Shown here: piece by piece, positions 50,480 to 63,940 of the stretch
How the letters are laid out: each line of letters opens with the position of its first letter
How positions within the stretch are numbered: the stretch's first letter is position 1
NCBI GenBank assembly: GCA_038087875.1
Contig: CM075988.1
Location: forward strand, 24,864,001 to 24,928,000
DNA: 64,000 bases
DNA from: Malacoraja senta
Taxonomy: Eukaryota
Reading direction: 5' to 3'
Translations under genes and position numbers: made by a program
The notes under the pieces: generated by a model
Seen by the model: the letters and a program-made list of their open reading frames with translations, nothing else
The model's database searches: none
Told to the model about the DNA's origin: nothing

Positions 50480-51265
50480 CCTGTTCTCTAGCACTTTCCC
50501 CTGAAACACTTGTCCCTTTACCTTCTCTCTTCCCATTATCCAGGGACTAATACCCTTCCAGATGAGGCAGACATTTGCGTGCACCTCCTCCAACCTGGTC
50601 TATTGCATTGGTGATATGGCCCCGTCCACACCATTGGTGGCCAAATATAGACGAGGTGACCATTGTGCCGAGCTCCTGCACTCTGCCAAACAATGACCAT
50701 CTTGAGATTCTGGTTGCATGCTATTTCAACTCTCCTTCCCCTTCTTACCGTGTTCATCCCTGGTTTTCTCCGCTACCACAGTGAGGCCAAACACAAACTT
50801 GAAGAACAGCACCTCCTATTCCACGTCAGTAGTCTCCAAAATTGAATTTTCCAACTTCAAGTAAAACCACACCGACTGTGTTCTTTTCCCAGAGTATTCA
50901 GGGTATCACTCCCTTTGCTTACCTTCTCCCTCACTCACGACCCATCCTTTCACTACCTAGACTCATTACCCTCTCTCATCTGGTTCCATCTGCCCATCCG
51001 CCCTCCCTTATCTGGTTGCACCTATCTCCTACCAGCCTGTGTCTGCTTCCCTCTGCTTAACCTTTCACCTCGACTTTGGCTGTTTCCACCGATCACCCAC
51101 CAGCCACTGTCTCACTCTCAGTTCTATATACCAGCAACCCTCCTTCTACACTCTTGGTCCTGATGCAGTCTCCACCTGAAACATCAGTCATCTCTTTGAA
51201 CCACAGCTGCTGCCTGGCCCCAGCAGTTTATTTCCCCAGATTCCAGCATCTGTAGTCACTTGTGT
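50480..51265 (+). mobile_element. Old PLE with GIY-YIG endonuclease relic
   Basis: FQMRQTFACTSSNLVYCI..VACYFNSPS..SEAKHKLEEQHLLFH; degenerate terminal repeat at 51160-51265. Confidence 0.75.
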
Positions 51266-51481
51266 TTAAACATAAACCTCTGTCTTACGTGGATGTGCCG
51301 TGTTTCACCATGCATTGTTTTTTAAAATTCATTCATTTTATGGGATCTATAATATTTAAGTGCGTGTCCCATTTGAATTTCAGGTCAATGGTGACTCTAG
51401 CATATTGATAGTTAGGAACTCATTGAAAGTCTGGTTACTCAGTTGGACCCTCTTCTCGGCTTCTCTTCATTGCCTGGCACT

Positions 51482-52049
51482 TTTTTTTTCACTTAAATTT
51501 TTATTGATTTTTCACAGAGATATATACAAAACAGTGCAATACCATCACCATAAATAAAACAAAATAAGAAAAACAACAATCAAAATAACAAAATTAATAG
51601 ATAGGGAAATAAAAAGAAGTAAATACATTTAAAAAAAATGGAAGAAGACCGTGTGGTTCACTTACCAAATTAAAAAAAAATGTTACATTGATTTGTTATC
51701 TGGAGATATTTCAATATTCACACAAACATACCATCTAGTTCTATATAACACAATCTTCCCATATCTAGCTCGGCATTTATCTAATTGGTGTCATGGCTCA
51801 AATAAACGGTCCATTTTTCCCAGATCTTCTCAAATGAAGTCTCCTTGACTCTCAAGGAATATGTCAGTTTCTCCATATTAAAGATGTCTCGCACAATTTC
51901 TTACCACTGTTCCTGTTTTGGACTTTTTTCATCAAGCCACTGCTTGGTAATGGCCTTCTTACTTGCTGCAAGCAAAACTTTAATCAAATATGTATATTTT
52001 ATCTTTACAATATCTTTAATGTGCCCCAGATACATCACAGGGCAGGTGT
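51482..52049 (-). mobile_element. 5'-truncated L1 (second family)
   Basis: YLIKVLLAASKKAITKQWL..FNMEKLTYSLR..FEKIWEKW; poly(A) at 51481; TSD ttgcctggcact at 51470-51481 and 52050-52061. Confidence 0.85.
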
Positions 52050-52429
52050 TTGCCTGGCACTCTTGTGTTGTTACTTGACTCTTATCACCCCTTATCTGAA
52101 TATATTGAGATCTTGAAGCATCCAGGCATAGATTGCTTTATCTGCTAAAAATTGCAAATGGAATTGAACATTGTGCAATTTTCAATGTAAAAACTCCACT
52201 TCTGACCTTATGAATGCAGAAAGGTCATTGATGAAGCAACTGTGGATGGGTTGGGTTGAGGAGCCTTGAGGAGTTCCGGCAATAATGTCAGGTTCAGAAT
52301 GATTGATCTGCAATCTTCCTTTTCAGCCTATTAATTTTCACCCCATCGATTACCTCTGCTATCTGCAGTTCTGCCACTACTTTAGTTATCACTGATACAA
52401 AGTACTCTAGCTTTATTCTGCATCTCTAA

Positions 52430-52760
52430 AGGGCCTGTCCCACTTACGCGATTTTTTTTCGGCGACTGCCGGCACCCGTCATAGTCGCAGCAGGTCGTTG
52501 AAAATTTTCAAAATGTTGAAAATCCGGCGGCAACCAGAAAAACGTACGACTCTTTGGGCGGCTACTCACGACCATACAGGCGTCACGTGTCGACATGTCG
52601 CGGGGTGACACCTGTATGGTCGTGAGTAGTTGCCCAAAGTGTCGTACCTTTTTCTGGTCGCCGCTGAATTTTCAACATTTTGAAAATTTTCGGCAACCTG
52701 TTGCAGCTAAGACGGGTGCCGGCAGTCGACAGAAAAAATCGGGTAAGTGGGACAAGCCCT
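52430..52760. mobile_element. PIF/Harbinger foldback MITE (same family as 3978)
   Basis: TIR agggcctgtcccacttac/gtaagtgggacaagccct; TAA TSD at 52427-52429 and 52761-52763. Confidence 0.9.
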
Positions 52761-53099
52761 TAACTAATGACTAATAGGACTAATGAAAACGGGTGGATGA
52801 TGATCTGTGTGAATTCTGTGGGCTAAAGACTGGTTTCCATGCAGTATCTCTGAGTTTATGTCTTGTAAACCACTCTGGTATATTTCTCTGTGCCACGTGC
52901 AGTACTTGTATGTAACTTGTCTACATGCTTGCCTAGGGTGTGATTTGAATGGATAACAAGCAAACAAACAAAAGTTTTTCACTGCATCTCATCACGTGTC
53001 AAAAATAAGCCACCACCTATACTGAACACACAGGAATAGTCTCCATGAAACCAATTGCATGAAATGGTTTCATCTGCCACTTTCAGGCAGTAACCTTGA

Positions 53100-54330
53100 A
53101 CCATTGGCATGCAAACACAGATTTTGTCAGAATTATAGGATGAACCCACAAAAATTTTCTCCACACTTATGTTCTTGGCCTGTTTGTTGGACCCTTTTCA
53201 GAGTAGACTTTTGTGCAAAAGGGAATGGTAGTTTCCTGGTACAAATTTATAGTCACACAAAGTGGATTGAATTTAAACACAAGGGTTTACGTAGCCCACT
53301 GTACATGCATTGGATAAGTTAAGGTCATTATATGCATGTCCGCAAACTGACAATGGCCTTCAACTTTGATCTTCCCTGTGGCAAATGTTACAAAACAGAA
53401 TGGCATTAAGTAACTTCTCACTCCTTATGCCACGAGGCTTTGAATGAGGCATCCAAGAGGTTGGTCAGAACAGTTAAAGAAGCTCTCAAAACAAATGTTC
53501 TGGAGGATATTCAGACATCAGAACAAAACATTACAGCTGAAATACACGCCAACTCTGAACAACACCACAGGGTATACAGCTGCAGACCTCTTTATGAAGT
53601 GTGTTTGAGAACACACTTCTGCCTTGTTCAAATAAATTTGGCTCCTGGAGTCAAACAACCACGTCAGAACCATCACTGTTACACGAATCAGAATACACTG
53701 AACTTTCAAACATAGCGAGCAGGCTCATGTTCTTGGCCTACCTCGCAAGCCATGCACAAACAAATAAAGAATCGGTATTGGTCTGATGAGCTGAGATTTA
53801 TCCGCATGAACTTTGTGTCAAAATCCATAGTGTTCATAAAGATCAAAATATATTGATCAAGTAAACACGAAAGTTGAATCATATCTAGATAATGAACAAC
53901 TCAGCCATTAAATTATGTGTGAATTGGTTCTGGTGGATACTTTGGGAAGTTAAATGCCAAATCCAAACATGTCCTACAAACAGATGCCTTGAGTTCAGAA
54001 CCATAATTGGATAGTTCGAAAGTAGATTGAACATCAACATTTATAAGAAGGAATCTTAACCAAATACCAAACCAGATTTACAATTGTTCATTAAATATGT
54101 ATAATGATACAAATGTTTTTTTCCAAAGGAGCTCTGTAATGTTTCTTTCAGTGTGGATCTTGTACATATATGTGCATGTTTGATCAGTGATCCTATTTGG
54201 TAGTGGAATTGTATGTTGTCCCCCTACTTCACAACATTGGAATATTTCCACAGATGTTCAGTCTATTAGCTGAAAGGCTCAACATGGAAGGGTGCTGTTT
54301 TGTAGCTGTATGTCAGTGCATTCATAAAGG
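53100..54330 (+). mobile_element. Ty3/Gypsy LTR retrotransposon relic (integrase, possible 3' LTR)
   Basis: CQNYR..PHLCSWP..RVDF..FLVQIYSHTKWIE; TDNG; KQNGIK; NEASKRLVRTVKEALK; TTGYTAADLFMK. Confidence 0.75.
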
Positions 54331-54642
54331 CATGGTAGGCATGAGGGTCTAATGGCTTCCTTGTGCTGTATCTTCAACAAAGTGAACTACAAACTCCATA
54401 AAGGTGCTTTGAAAGGTATAACTCAGTGCACAGCAGGATGTCGAGCATGACGCGACCCTGCAGTGCTCAATACACCTATGTGACATGCCAGCCCCTACTT
54501 CTTATATCAATTATTATACCATATGTTTATATAGAAAGTAATATTTCTCATGACATGATCTTTTATCTCTAGAATATGAAAAACTGCAAAGTGAGCATTC
54601 TCAGATCAAGTCAGTTTAAGACTAAGATCCATTATTTCTCTG

Positions 54643-54853
54643 TGTAGGAAGGAACTGCAGATGCTGGTTTAAACCGTGGATAGACACAAAAAGCTGGAGT
54701 AACTCAGCGGGACAGGCAGCATCTCTGGAGAGAAGGAATGGGTGACGTTTTGGGTCGAGACCCTTCTTCAGAAAGAAGTCTGAAGGTTGGAGTTTGAAGA
54801 AGGGTCTCTACCCGAAACGTCACCTTTTCCTTCTCTCCAGAGATGCTGCCTGT
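54643..54853. mobile_element. PLE inverted pair
   Basis: TSD tccattatttctctg at 54628-54642 and 54854-54868. Confidence 0.85.
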
Positions 54854-55309
54854 TCCATTATTTCTCTGCTCTGAGAATGTACCTCATATGCACTCTTGGT
54901 ACAATTCTTTCTGCAGTCAGATAGAGATTGTTTTATCATTCCCTTATATATTTTGTCCTACCAGTGAAAATGGAAAAGCAGTGTCACCGATGGATGAGAT
55001 CGAGATGACCTTTCGCCCATTTGAAATTATCTGTGGTGAAATTGGTGGTGATGAGAATGTTGTTCCAATCCCGGCTTTGTGCACATTCCTAATGTCTTTT
55101 CTTCCTCTGCTCCATCTTTGTACTTCCCTGTCCAATGTCCACTAACACTCTCTCCCCATTAAAGCACTCCTAAAACCTACCTCTGCAATCAACCTTCGGG
55201 CTGGTTGTCATAAAGTCTCATATCTTTTGATAATTGCACCTGAGATCTACCGCAGGATATTTTACAATGGTAAAGGCCCTATTGGTTTTGATAGATATGA
55301 ATCCAGGTG

Positions 55310-55384
55310 TCTGGACCCGCAACGTCACCCATCCAGAGATGCTACCTGTCCCGCAGAGTTACGCCAGCATTTTCTGTCTACCTT
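55310..55384 (+). mobile_element. Short PLE insertion
   Basis: TSD tgaatccaggtg at 55298-55309 and 55385-55396. Confidence 0.75.
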
Positions 55385-56021
55385 TGAATCCAGGTGCCTG
55401 AGACTTGAATCAAAATATCCACTCCCAAATCAGTTCTTACCCTTGTTCACTTCTGTTTTAATTGGTAATAATTCTGGACAACTGGTATCAGTTACTTCAT
55501 ATAGAATGCTTGTCATCCCATTACTTGCTAACTGCTAAGTACAGATTTGCAGCTGAATGAACTCTCTACCTGCTTTGGATACCATCAATGTGGTAGTGAG
55601 ACTAGGTCTGAGGCTAAGTCTTTGCACTCGTGGATATTTGTGCTGCATCACATTGTATTTGCTGTGTGGCATTTTGTGCAATGTAGTTCTCATCATCCCT
55701 GGTCACTTGTTCTAAATGGGAATTTATGCTGCTACTGAGCGATATATTAATAACGAATTAAAGCCCATTAGGTGTTATATTATTTATTGCAGGACATTGG
55801 CTTTACCAGCAAAGTGCTGTGGTTTCTATGTTTCAGAAACTTACATTCATGAAGGTAAAATCTGGTATTGGTAATGGCTACCATGTGACAAATGGTGCAG
55901 GCTCACCACTGTCCTTCAGAGAAGAAAGCCGCTGTCTTTTACCAGCCGAACCTTTATGCGAATTGAGGTTTGCAATAACGTTGTTGACGTATCAGCCCTT
56001 TGAAAATCATTCACATCTATT

Positions 56022-56320
56022 GGGCAGCACAGTGGAGCAGCGGTAGAGTTGCTGCCTTGCTGCACCAGAGACCCAAGTTCGATCCTGACTAGGGGTACTG
56101 TCTGTACGGAGTTTGTACGTTCTCCCTGTGACTGTGTGGGTTTTCTCCAGGTGCTCAGGTTTCCTTCCACACTCCAAAGACGGCTTCCGTAAGTTGTGAA
56201 TTGCCTTCTGTAAGTTGTAAATTGTACCTAGTGAGTAGGATAATGTTAGTGGAGGGGTTGGTCGCTGGTCGGCGCAGACTCGGTGGGCCAAAGGGCCTGT
56301 TTCTGCGCTGTATCTCTAAA
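56022..56320 (+). mobile_element. HE1/V-SINE
   Basis: tRNA head, V domain, CR1-like tail. Confidence 0.88.
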
Positions 56321-57422
56321 GCTTAATGTAAATCAAAGCCACTGCAAAAAAAAAAGTTAAAAATGGAATCAAATAGATTTTACTTCATTATGTAAGTTGA
56401 ATTCACTCATGCAAGGTTACAAGCAGCTATACCAATCCTGCATCTAGGTACAGCTGTCTGAGATTAGTGAGCTACTAGGCTGAGATGGTCATACAACATC
56501 CAAGACCTCAACATCATATTCACAACTTATGGACAGTAGTAGGCAGTCAAGATAGCTTGATAGTGCACACTGTGAACTTGATAGTAAGCTTGATAGTTCA
56601 CAGTGGCATTGTGAAATCTCATTCACAGCTCAAACATGGGAAGGACATGACATGTTGAACATGGCCACCTGCCCCACCTTCCTTCCTCTGATCAGTCAGT
56701 ACTCCTTTAGCCTGAATATAATTTAGAGAAAGCATCAGGGGCAACAAGGCCTCAGTTGGAGGATTTTGAAGCCCATTAAATTCATGGCTTTATGACACAA
56801 TTATTAACTTAGCTGTATATGGTTCTGAAAGATACAACTGCACGATGAGCTCTATATCTAGGGGTGAATGAACCAAAATGAGTGAACAAAAAAAAAATCT
56901 TCTTGACTGCTTCACTCAGGTAGGATGGACAACTGTACACTTCCTGAAGAGACAAAGCCCGGCCTTCACACTAACTCCTTCCATGTTTCGTGATGCTTCC
57001 ATTGCATTAAATCAGATGGCTCAGAACAGAACTGGCCCATAATGGGGCTCAAAGCTTGCAATTCCTTCGATGTAGTGGCCAATTAGCAACATCGGTATTA
57101 TATTCCACCACAATCTTTAACCTCATGATCTGCCATATTCCTCACATAACCTAACCAGGGGACGTTTCCAGTTCAGTATGTATAGAAAGGCTTGACAACA
57201 GCGTCAAGCATATCTAAAAATTCAACTTGTGAAGCAACAGGTCAGGTTAACATGCGAGTTGAAAGCAGCATGCCACAGACAATGCTAAGCATTCCCACAG
57301 CCAAATAGATCAAATCAAACCAGTAAATTCTGAAGTGAGGAGGCTCCATGGATATCCCCAGCTTCAGCAACATTGTAGATCAGTGCATGAGTCTGAAAGA
57401 CAAAGCATTTGCAGTCATCTTC

Positions 57423-57659
57423 CCTTCAGCTAACACCTTTGCCTGTCAACACCCCCTCAGCTAACAGTGAACCATTCTACATTTCTTTACCATCATCTGC
57501 TTTGATCTGTCTTTTTTACACCTTACCCTTCCATATCTCTAGACTCCCTCTCCCCTGACTCTCAGTCTGAAGAAGGGTCTCGACCCAAAACGTCACGCAT
57601 TCCTTCTCTCCAGAGATGCTGCCTGTCCCGCTGAGTTACTCCAGCATTATGTGTCTATC
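57423..57659 (+). mobile_element. PLE subfamily A 3' region
   Basis: Core at 57567 (G12 changed to A); TSD-like tgcagtca(t/c)cttc at 57410 and 57660. Confidence 0.8.
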
Positions 57660-57736
57660 TGCAGTCACCTTCAAACAGAAGTGCAACGTGAGTGGTCTGT
57701 TCTGGGCACCAGCATCACATCTTCAATCTATTTGTT

Positions 57737-57955
57737 TAAGAAGTAACTGCAGATGCTGGAAAATCAAAGGTAGACAAAAGTGCTGGAGAAACTCAGCGGG
57801 TGCAGCAGCATCTATGGAGCGAAGGTAATAGGCAACGTTTCGGCCCGAAACCCTTCTTCAGACTGATGAAGGATTTCGGCCCGAAACGTTGCCTATTTCC
57901 TTCGCTCCATAGATGCTGCTGCACCCGCTGAGTTTCTCCAGCATTTTTGTCTACC
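57737..57955. mobile_element. PLE subfamily B inverted pair, two ribozyme cores back to back
   Basis: Minus core 57834-57861, plus core CTGATGA at 57863; TSD tcttc(a/t)atctatttgtt at 57720-57736 and 57956-57972. Confidence 0.85.
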
Positions 57956-58584
57956 TCTTCTATCTATTTGTTCACTCCCTGTGATTTCAAGATCTCTGAA
58001 CACTGGATCGTGATCTTTGCTGTTATGAACTGTAATGTTGAAGAATTATTTTTGAGCACCAGCTCTACTTCTAACCAAATCTCATTTTATACAGTTTGAA
58101 ACCTGGCATTTAACTGACAGTGAAGATGTGTCGAGGAATATCTTGCCTAAAGTAAACCGGATAAATTAGTTACAACCCACTCAGTCCAATCCCAATAGTT
58201 AACTAGGTAACAAGGCATTGAAGACAATACTATAGAAACAGTCCTTACAGTACCTTTCTCATTAGTCCTGGAGACATAATATTCACTTCCACCTTCAACA
58301 CCTGAGATGATAAAGCAGTCGATGCCCTTGTGTAGAACGATCTGCACAACCATCGAGGAGGGACTTATAAAAAGGAAGTAACAATTATCTTACTCGAGCT
58401 GGCCAAAGAATATATTGAACAATGCCAAACTACCTTCCCTTGACGTAACTGTTATTTCATTTCTTCCCATCCTGGTTTAATGGGTGAGGGGAAATTGGTG
58501 GTTTGTAGTGAAGTCACCGTTCATCACATGCTTAACTGGAGTACCTGCCTAATAACCATGGCTATACAGATAGAATAGCAGAGA

Positions 58585-58930
58585 TTGCACAGTTGTGAAC
58601 CATTTTAACTCCTCTTCCCATTCCCAATACTGACATTTCTGCCCTGGGTCTCCTCCTTTGCCAGAATAAGGCCACAAGCAAACTGGACAAACAGCACCTT
58701 GTATTCCACTTGGGTCGCTTACAACCCAACAATTTGAACATTGAATTCTCCAATTTTAGGTGAACTGACCCCCCCCCCCCCTCTCCCCCCACAACCACGC
58801 TGAAGAAGGGTCCCAACACTAAATGTCACATATCCATGTTCTCCAGAGATGCTGCCTGGCCCACCTCATTACTCCAGCACTTTGTGTTTTTCATTTTTGT
58901 AAACCGGCATCTGCGGTCCCTTGCTTCTTC
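58585..58930 (+). mobile_element. PLE 3' end with GIY-YIG C-terminus
   Basis: HFNSSSH..KLDKQHLVFHLGRLQPNNLNIEFSNFR*, then ctgaagaagggtcc. Confidence 0.8.
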
Positions 58931-59022
58931 AATTTCAGCATTGTTCCCTCTGTTGGGACCCAGAGATGGGGGAGTTCTGCATGAAGATCTACAGAAGATA
59001 TAAAAGATGAGGAATAGAAGCA

Positions 59023-59243
59023 ATCCCATCAGAACTGCCCCCTCCATCGACTCCTTTAAGTCAAGACTAAAAACTTATCTATACTCCCGAGCCTTTCTTG
59101 ACGTCCTCTGAGCGAGGGCTATATGTATATATATATGTATGTAGTTTGTTTGTTTATATTATTCTTATAACAAATGTAAAGCACTTTGGCCAACGAGAGT
59201 TGTTTTTTAAATGTACTATATAAATAAACGTGACTTGACTTGA
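59023..59243 (+). mobile_element. L2 3' end
   Basis: Near-identical to 61008-61212; (gactt)n tail. Confidence 0.85.
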
Positions 59244-59258
59244 ATCCTTTGTTCAAAG

Positions 59259-59447
59259 ATTTAAGAAGGAACTGCAGATGCTGGAAAAATCGAAGGTAGA
59301 TAAAAATGCTGGAGAAACTCAGCGGGTGAGGCAGCATCTATGGAGCGAAGGAATAGGTGATGTTTCGGGTTGAGACCCTTCGGTCATCTATTCCTTTGCT
59401 CCATAGATGCTGCCTCACCCGCTGAGTTTCTCCAGCATTTATATCTA
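59259..59447. mobile_element. PLE inverted pair
   Basis: TSD cctttgttcaaag at 59246-59258 and 59448-59460. Confidence 0.85.
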
Positions 59448-60926
59448 CCTTTGTTCAAAGTTGGTGAAGTGGTGCACTGCATGCAGTTTACAAGACGGCA
59501 AATTCTTGGTGTGTATGATGTAAGAGATGTCGCCAACCTGCCTGTGTAATCAGGGTTTATACAAGAAGTGCCAGCAAGTACAAAGCAAAGTAGGGCGTTA
59601 TAAAGCATTCTTATGAAATTGAAAAGGTATTTAAAGGCCAGGACATAAAACCTTTGTGACTTGTCTGACTCGGCCTTGCAGAAGTACTGTACCATGAAAC
59701 CGAGTTAAGCATTAATCAAGGATCCTCGTGATAGGCAGTTCCTGTTTGCTGTGTGCTCAAGGTTGTCACTCGCGACTGAGTTTATTTGGCTTTGAAAGGC
59801 ATGACCCCACCCCCACCCTACTCTTGCCATTCCTGGTTTATAACCTGTTTGAAACTGGATTAAAAACATGGCAAGGAGTTCCAATTTTCTATCCAGCGCA
59901 GAAATCAAACGAAATGTGAAGTCGTTTCAGGTCAGACTGTGAGGGGGAAACTGCTGGATACTGACAGTGTGTTGACTAATATTACTGCAGCAGAGTGAGT
60001 GGGGCCCCAGGACTGCCAAGCTAAATTTGATGTGGGGCCAAAAGGAGACAATAAAACAAATGGTGACTCGAGCCTTCATCAAAGGGATAGGGTTGAAGGA
60101 ACATCTGAGAGAGAAATTGAAAAGCAGAGAGAAAGAGGGAAGGAATTCCAGAGCCTAGCAATTAGACACTGCGTAAAATTATATTCAAGTTACAGCACAG
60201 AAGCGTGACTCCTGTCAGTGTTTATGCTAATTTTATCTTCCTTTGAAAGACACCGATGTTATTCACCCCGGCAGCAGATACCACCGAGGTCTACATTCTC
60301 ACCACTCTGGTGTAAGCCACAGGGTAATTAGCTCGGCTGGTCAGTGCCTGCCATGTCCTTACCCAATTACAACAGCAAAAAATGGCGATAAGCTTCGACC
60401 TCTGGCATGGCCATTGCCAAATGCCCATCATCTGGAAAACATGCATGATAAAATGCAGGCTGTTTGTTTATGAAACCAAAATGCTTTGTCCAGCTGGATT
60501 TCTGTTGCCCACTATCCTATTTTCCAATTAGAATTGCCCAGAAATTATCTGCTGGGTGGGTTTTAATGGGTCCGACCACGATGACTCCAGCGTGTAACCC
60601 AGGGTCACTGCTTGCATTTCCTGGAAGCCCACAGTTATTTTGGCCTGATGTGGAGGGTAAATCCTGTGCCCTTGGTTCTATGGAGGAGATCCAGGCAATG
60701 AAAACAAAAATTGGGCAAATTCGTGCAGATGTGTCCCTGATCAGCTGAGACTAAAGGCAAAGTTGAGACTGAAGACAAAGCTGTCATTGAATATGGCACC
60801 TTTTATATGTCTGACATTCGGAGATAGATCAACGCTGAAATAAGTCATTAAAATAAATAAAGTTCATTAAAAACACTTGCAAAATCACTTTGCCCCCTAA
60901 TCTGCAGGCTGAGGATCCTCTGGTCT

Positions 60927-61212
60927 AGACCCGCGGTCTAGGCATAAGCTCAGGGGCGACCGCGCCTTTGGGGTTGCAGCTCCTAGACTGTGGAACAGCA
61001 TCCCCCTTCCCATCAGAACTGCCCCCTCCATCGACTCCTTTAAGTCAAGACTAAAAACGTATCTATACTCCCAAGCCTTTCTTGACGTCCTCTGAGCGAG
61101 GGCTATATGTATGTAGTTTGTTTGTTTATACTATTCTTATAACAAATGTAAAGCACTTTGGCCAACGAGAGTTGTTTTTTAAATGTGCTATATAAATAAA
61201 TGTGACTTGACT
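60927..61212 (+). mobile_element. L2 3' end
   Basis: RSRHKLRGDRAFGVAAPRLWNSIP..; same family as 13803. Confidence 0.85.
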
Positions 61213-61639
61213 TTTGAAGTCACTAGTGTTCTGTATGCTATACCAGTTGTGACTGGCACAGGATCTGTGTGGTGATCCCATGGAGTATAGCTGCAGAACT
61301 CAACAAGACTGGGTATCGCTGCCATTTTCACTGTCGGGTCCTCTGACAGATGCACACCTCAAGGACTAACTGGGTCCAATGGCTGATGTCAATGGTTCCC
61401 TTTGGAATCACAGCCAAAGCCGGTAAGATTCAGCTGGTTATGGACATTCTCCTTAACTTGCTGAAAATAACCATTTGAAAACATAACTTCTGCAACCTTT
61501 TAATTAATTAACTAATTTGTGTAAATACCCCAAAGGTCTGTTGGACCTGACAATTACGTGCCTGCAGAATAATGCATTCACTGGGTTGCATTGAGTATGG
61601 GATTACAGAGGCTGGATTGCTTTACGCAGTTTGGTATAT

Positions 61640-61962
61640 ATATTTTTTAATTTCAAAATAGACTTTATTCAGGTAATAAATATATACAATACATGAACCG
61701 TGCGAAAAATTCATCCGACATTTTCGGAGGCTATACAATTAGTTCAAAGCAGTTTATATACATTTCTCAAATTTCACAAATCTGTCCCCCACCCATGACA
61801 CTCATGTGGCCCCCTGGCGTGGGATACCTTCCCTTATTTTGAGGGGCGTCTCCACCATACCGTGCCCCCCATGTCCAGCAGCGGAAGGACCCTAGACTGT
61901 GGTCCTCCCCCACCGAGCCTTGGCGTTGGCTGCACCGAGCTTCAGTGCATCCCTCAGCGCGT
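61640..61962 (-). mobile_element. Tx1-like (L1-group) LINE 3' end
   Basis: Minus ORF end ALRDALKLGAANAKARWGRTTV*, aataaa and A/T-rich tail. Confidence 0.6.
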
Positions 61963-63794
61963 ATAATCCAGGCAGCTTTTGATATGGGATAATCCAAAAG
62001 GTAAAATGGAAGTGGAAGTGAAACAAATGCTTGCAAAGTAGCCACCTTTGATCATTAAGGACTTCCCCACTGTGTTGCAGTCCACATAATGGCTGGATGT
62101 TTCTGCGTTGGTAACTGAATGATATACACAATTAGTAGTGCTGAGACCCACGTGTAAATAATTTGTATCCATCTGTAAATATCGTAAAATTACAATGGTC
62201 ATGAGGTTCAGAGGCAGAGAGTGCAATAATGCTGCTATATGTCTTATTGCTGCAGACTCGGGTGAGGTTCTAGGCACACGACTCTGTGCTACAAGTAAGA
62301 ATACTCAACTATCACCGAGTCCCAAAGCACTAATTATGCCGATTTACAATGAATTCATATCAGCAGCAAGTTTCAAGGGCCAGCTACGATCTGATGACCT
62401 TTCCTTCTCAATTTAAGGGTCTGGTTATCGGAACCAACTGTAATCATAGAGTGTTGCACAGAATGTACTGTACAGAATGAGGCCACAACCTAATTCGTCC
62501 ACTGCTGCTATTATTACACTAAGCCTCTCACTCCCATCGTCCACCTCACCCTTGCACCGTATTTCATATTTCTTTCACCTTTGGACGCTTACCAGCTTCA
62601 TCTTATATACATCTGTAGGATTCAACTCAACTAGTGCTTGTGGTGAATAACACACCGTCACTGCTCGTTGAGGAAAGAATCTTTTTTTGGATTAAATGAT
62701 TTTTAAAAATATATTTATTATTCTTAGTTTTGGGATCCATCACGTCTTCTGTCTGTCCACCTTGTTGAGCCGCCCACCATTTTAAAGACATCCATCAGGT
62801 CACCCCTCAGCATTCTGTTTTCCCCCCCCAAAAAGCGATATAGCTGTAAAGTGGTTCCTTTTTGAAGGCTGTAAATCCTCAGTTCTGGGGTCATCATTGC
62901 GGTTGTCTATTTTCGCTTTTTCTAGCACCTCTTGTCCAGTCTTTTGTGGTGTGTGGAGAATAGAATTGTGTGCAATGTCCCAAATGTGGTCTGACCAGGA
63001 TGCTATATCGGGCAAAGCAGTGAATGTGTTAACTTAAATCTTGCCGAATAGCACCGTGCATGTGAGATGCTTTTGAGCCATGTAAAAAATGCTGATTCCT
63101 CGGATATTGTAAGGTTTTAGGACAATGGCGGACATTTTATTCAATGCACAGATTTCTTTGGAGTCTCAAAATGGCCGCTATTATAGAGAGAGAGAGAGAG
63201 AGAGAGAAGTATTTCTTCATGCATCCAGTCAGCTGCCTGTTCCACGTTTAACCTGCTGTAAGGATTTCTGTTTGGCAGGTGAACGCAAGACTGTTTAACT
63301 GAGCCACGTCTACAAGACTGTTCAATTAGCTGTTTTGTGCTTTTAAATTGGCTCCAGGCAAATGCCGATAAAATCATTTGTGCCAGATTTTTTTGTTGTT
63401 GTCTTGGGACGGACTTGTTGAACCATTTATCCTGAAATGCCCCCTTCTTGTTTGTTTCATTCAGTGAATGGTATGTGACGCGAATTTATAAAAAATCCTC
63501 TCACATTTTAGCTTTCAGTTAGCAGGGTCGTGAATTCACGTTATCAACTCCCAAGTGCCTGCAACATTCTCGCTCACTTATTTCAGGCACACAGCATTGT
63601 TTGCTTCTTAAAACTGTTCTGCATGAGGACACTGGATACTGTGCCCATCGTGTCTTTAGCCTCCGATCACCGCCATCCTGCAAACAATCCATTTCCCACT
63701 AATCTACCCCTTGCATCAGGCTGGTTACTCTCAACTAATGCCAGTGAGCAATTGGGCTAAGTATTAGGAATCGAGGGAAAGCAAGATCTCATGT

Positions 63795-63940
63795 AGAAAC
63801 AAGAAACCGCAGGTGCCGATTTGAAAAAAGAAAAGGAAAAAAAGACAGAAAGTGCTGGAGTAACTTAGCGGGTCAGGCAAGTTCTCAGCTCTGGAGAAAA
63901 TGGATAGGTGACGGTTCTTGGCGGGACCCTTCTTGAGACC
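63795..63940 (-). mobile_element. PLE terminal repeat (degenerate)
   Basis: gtgctggagtaacttagcgggtcaggc...ggataggtgacg. Confidence 0.7.

Noticed and set aside
59868..59936. aacATGG ORF ending CAG|gtcaga
   Set aside because: Weak donor and phase 0, inconsistent with the other candidates; no further support
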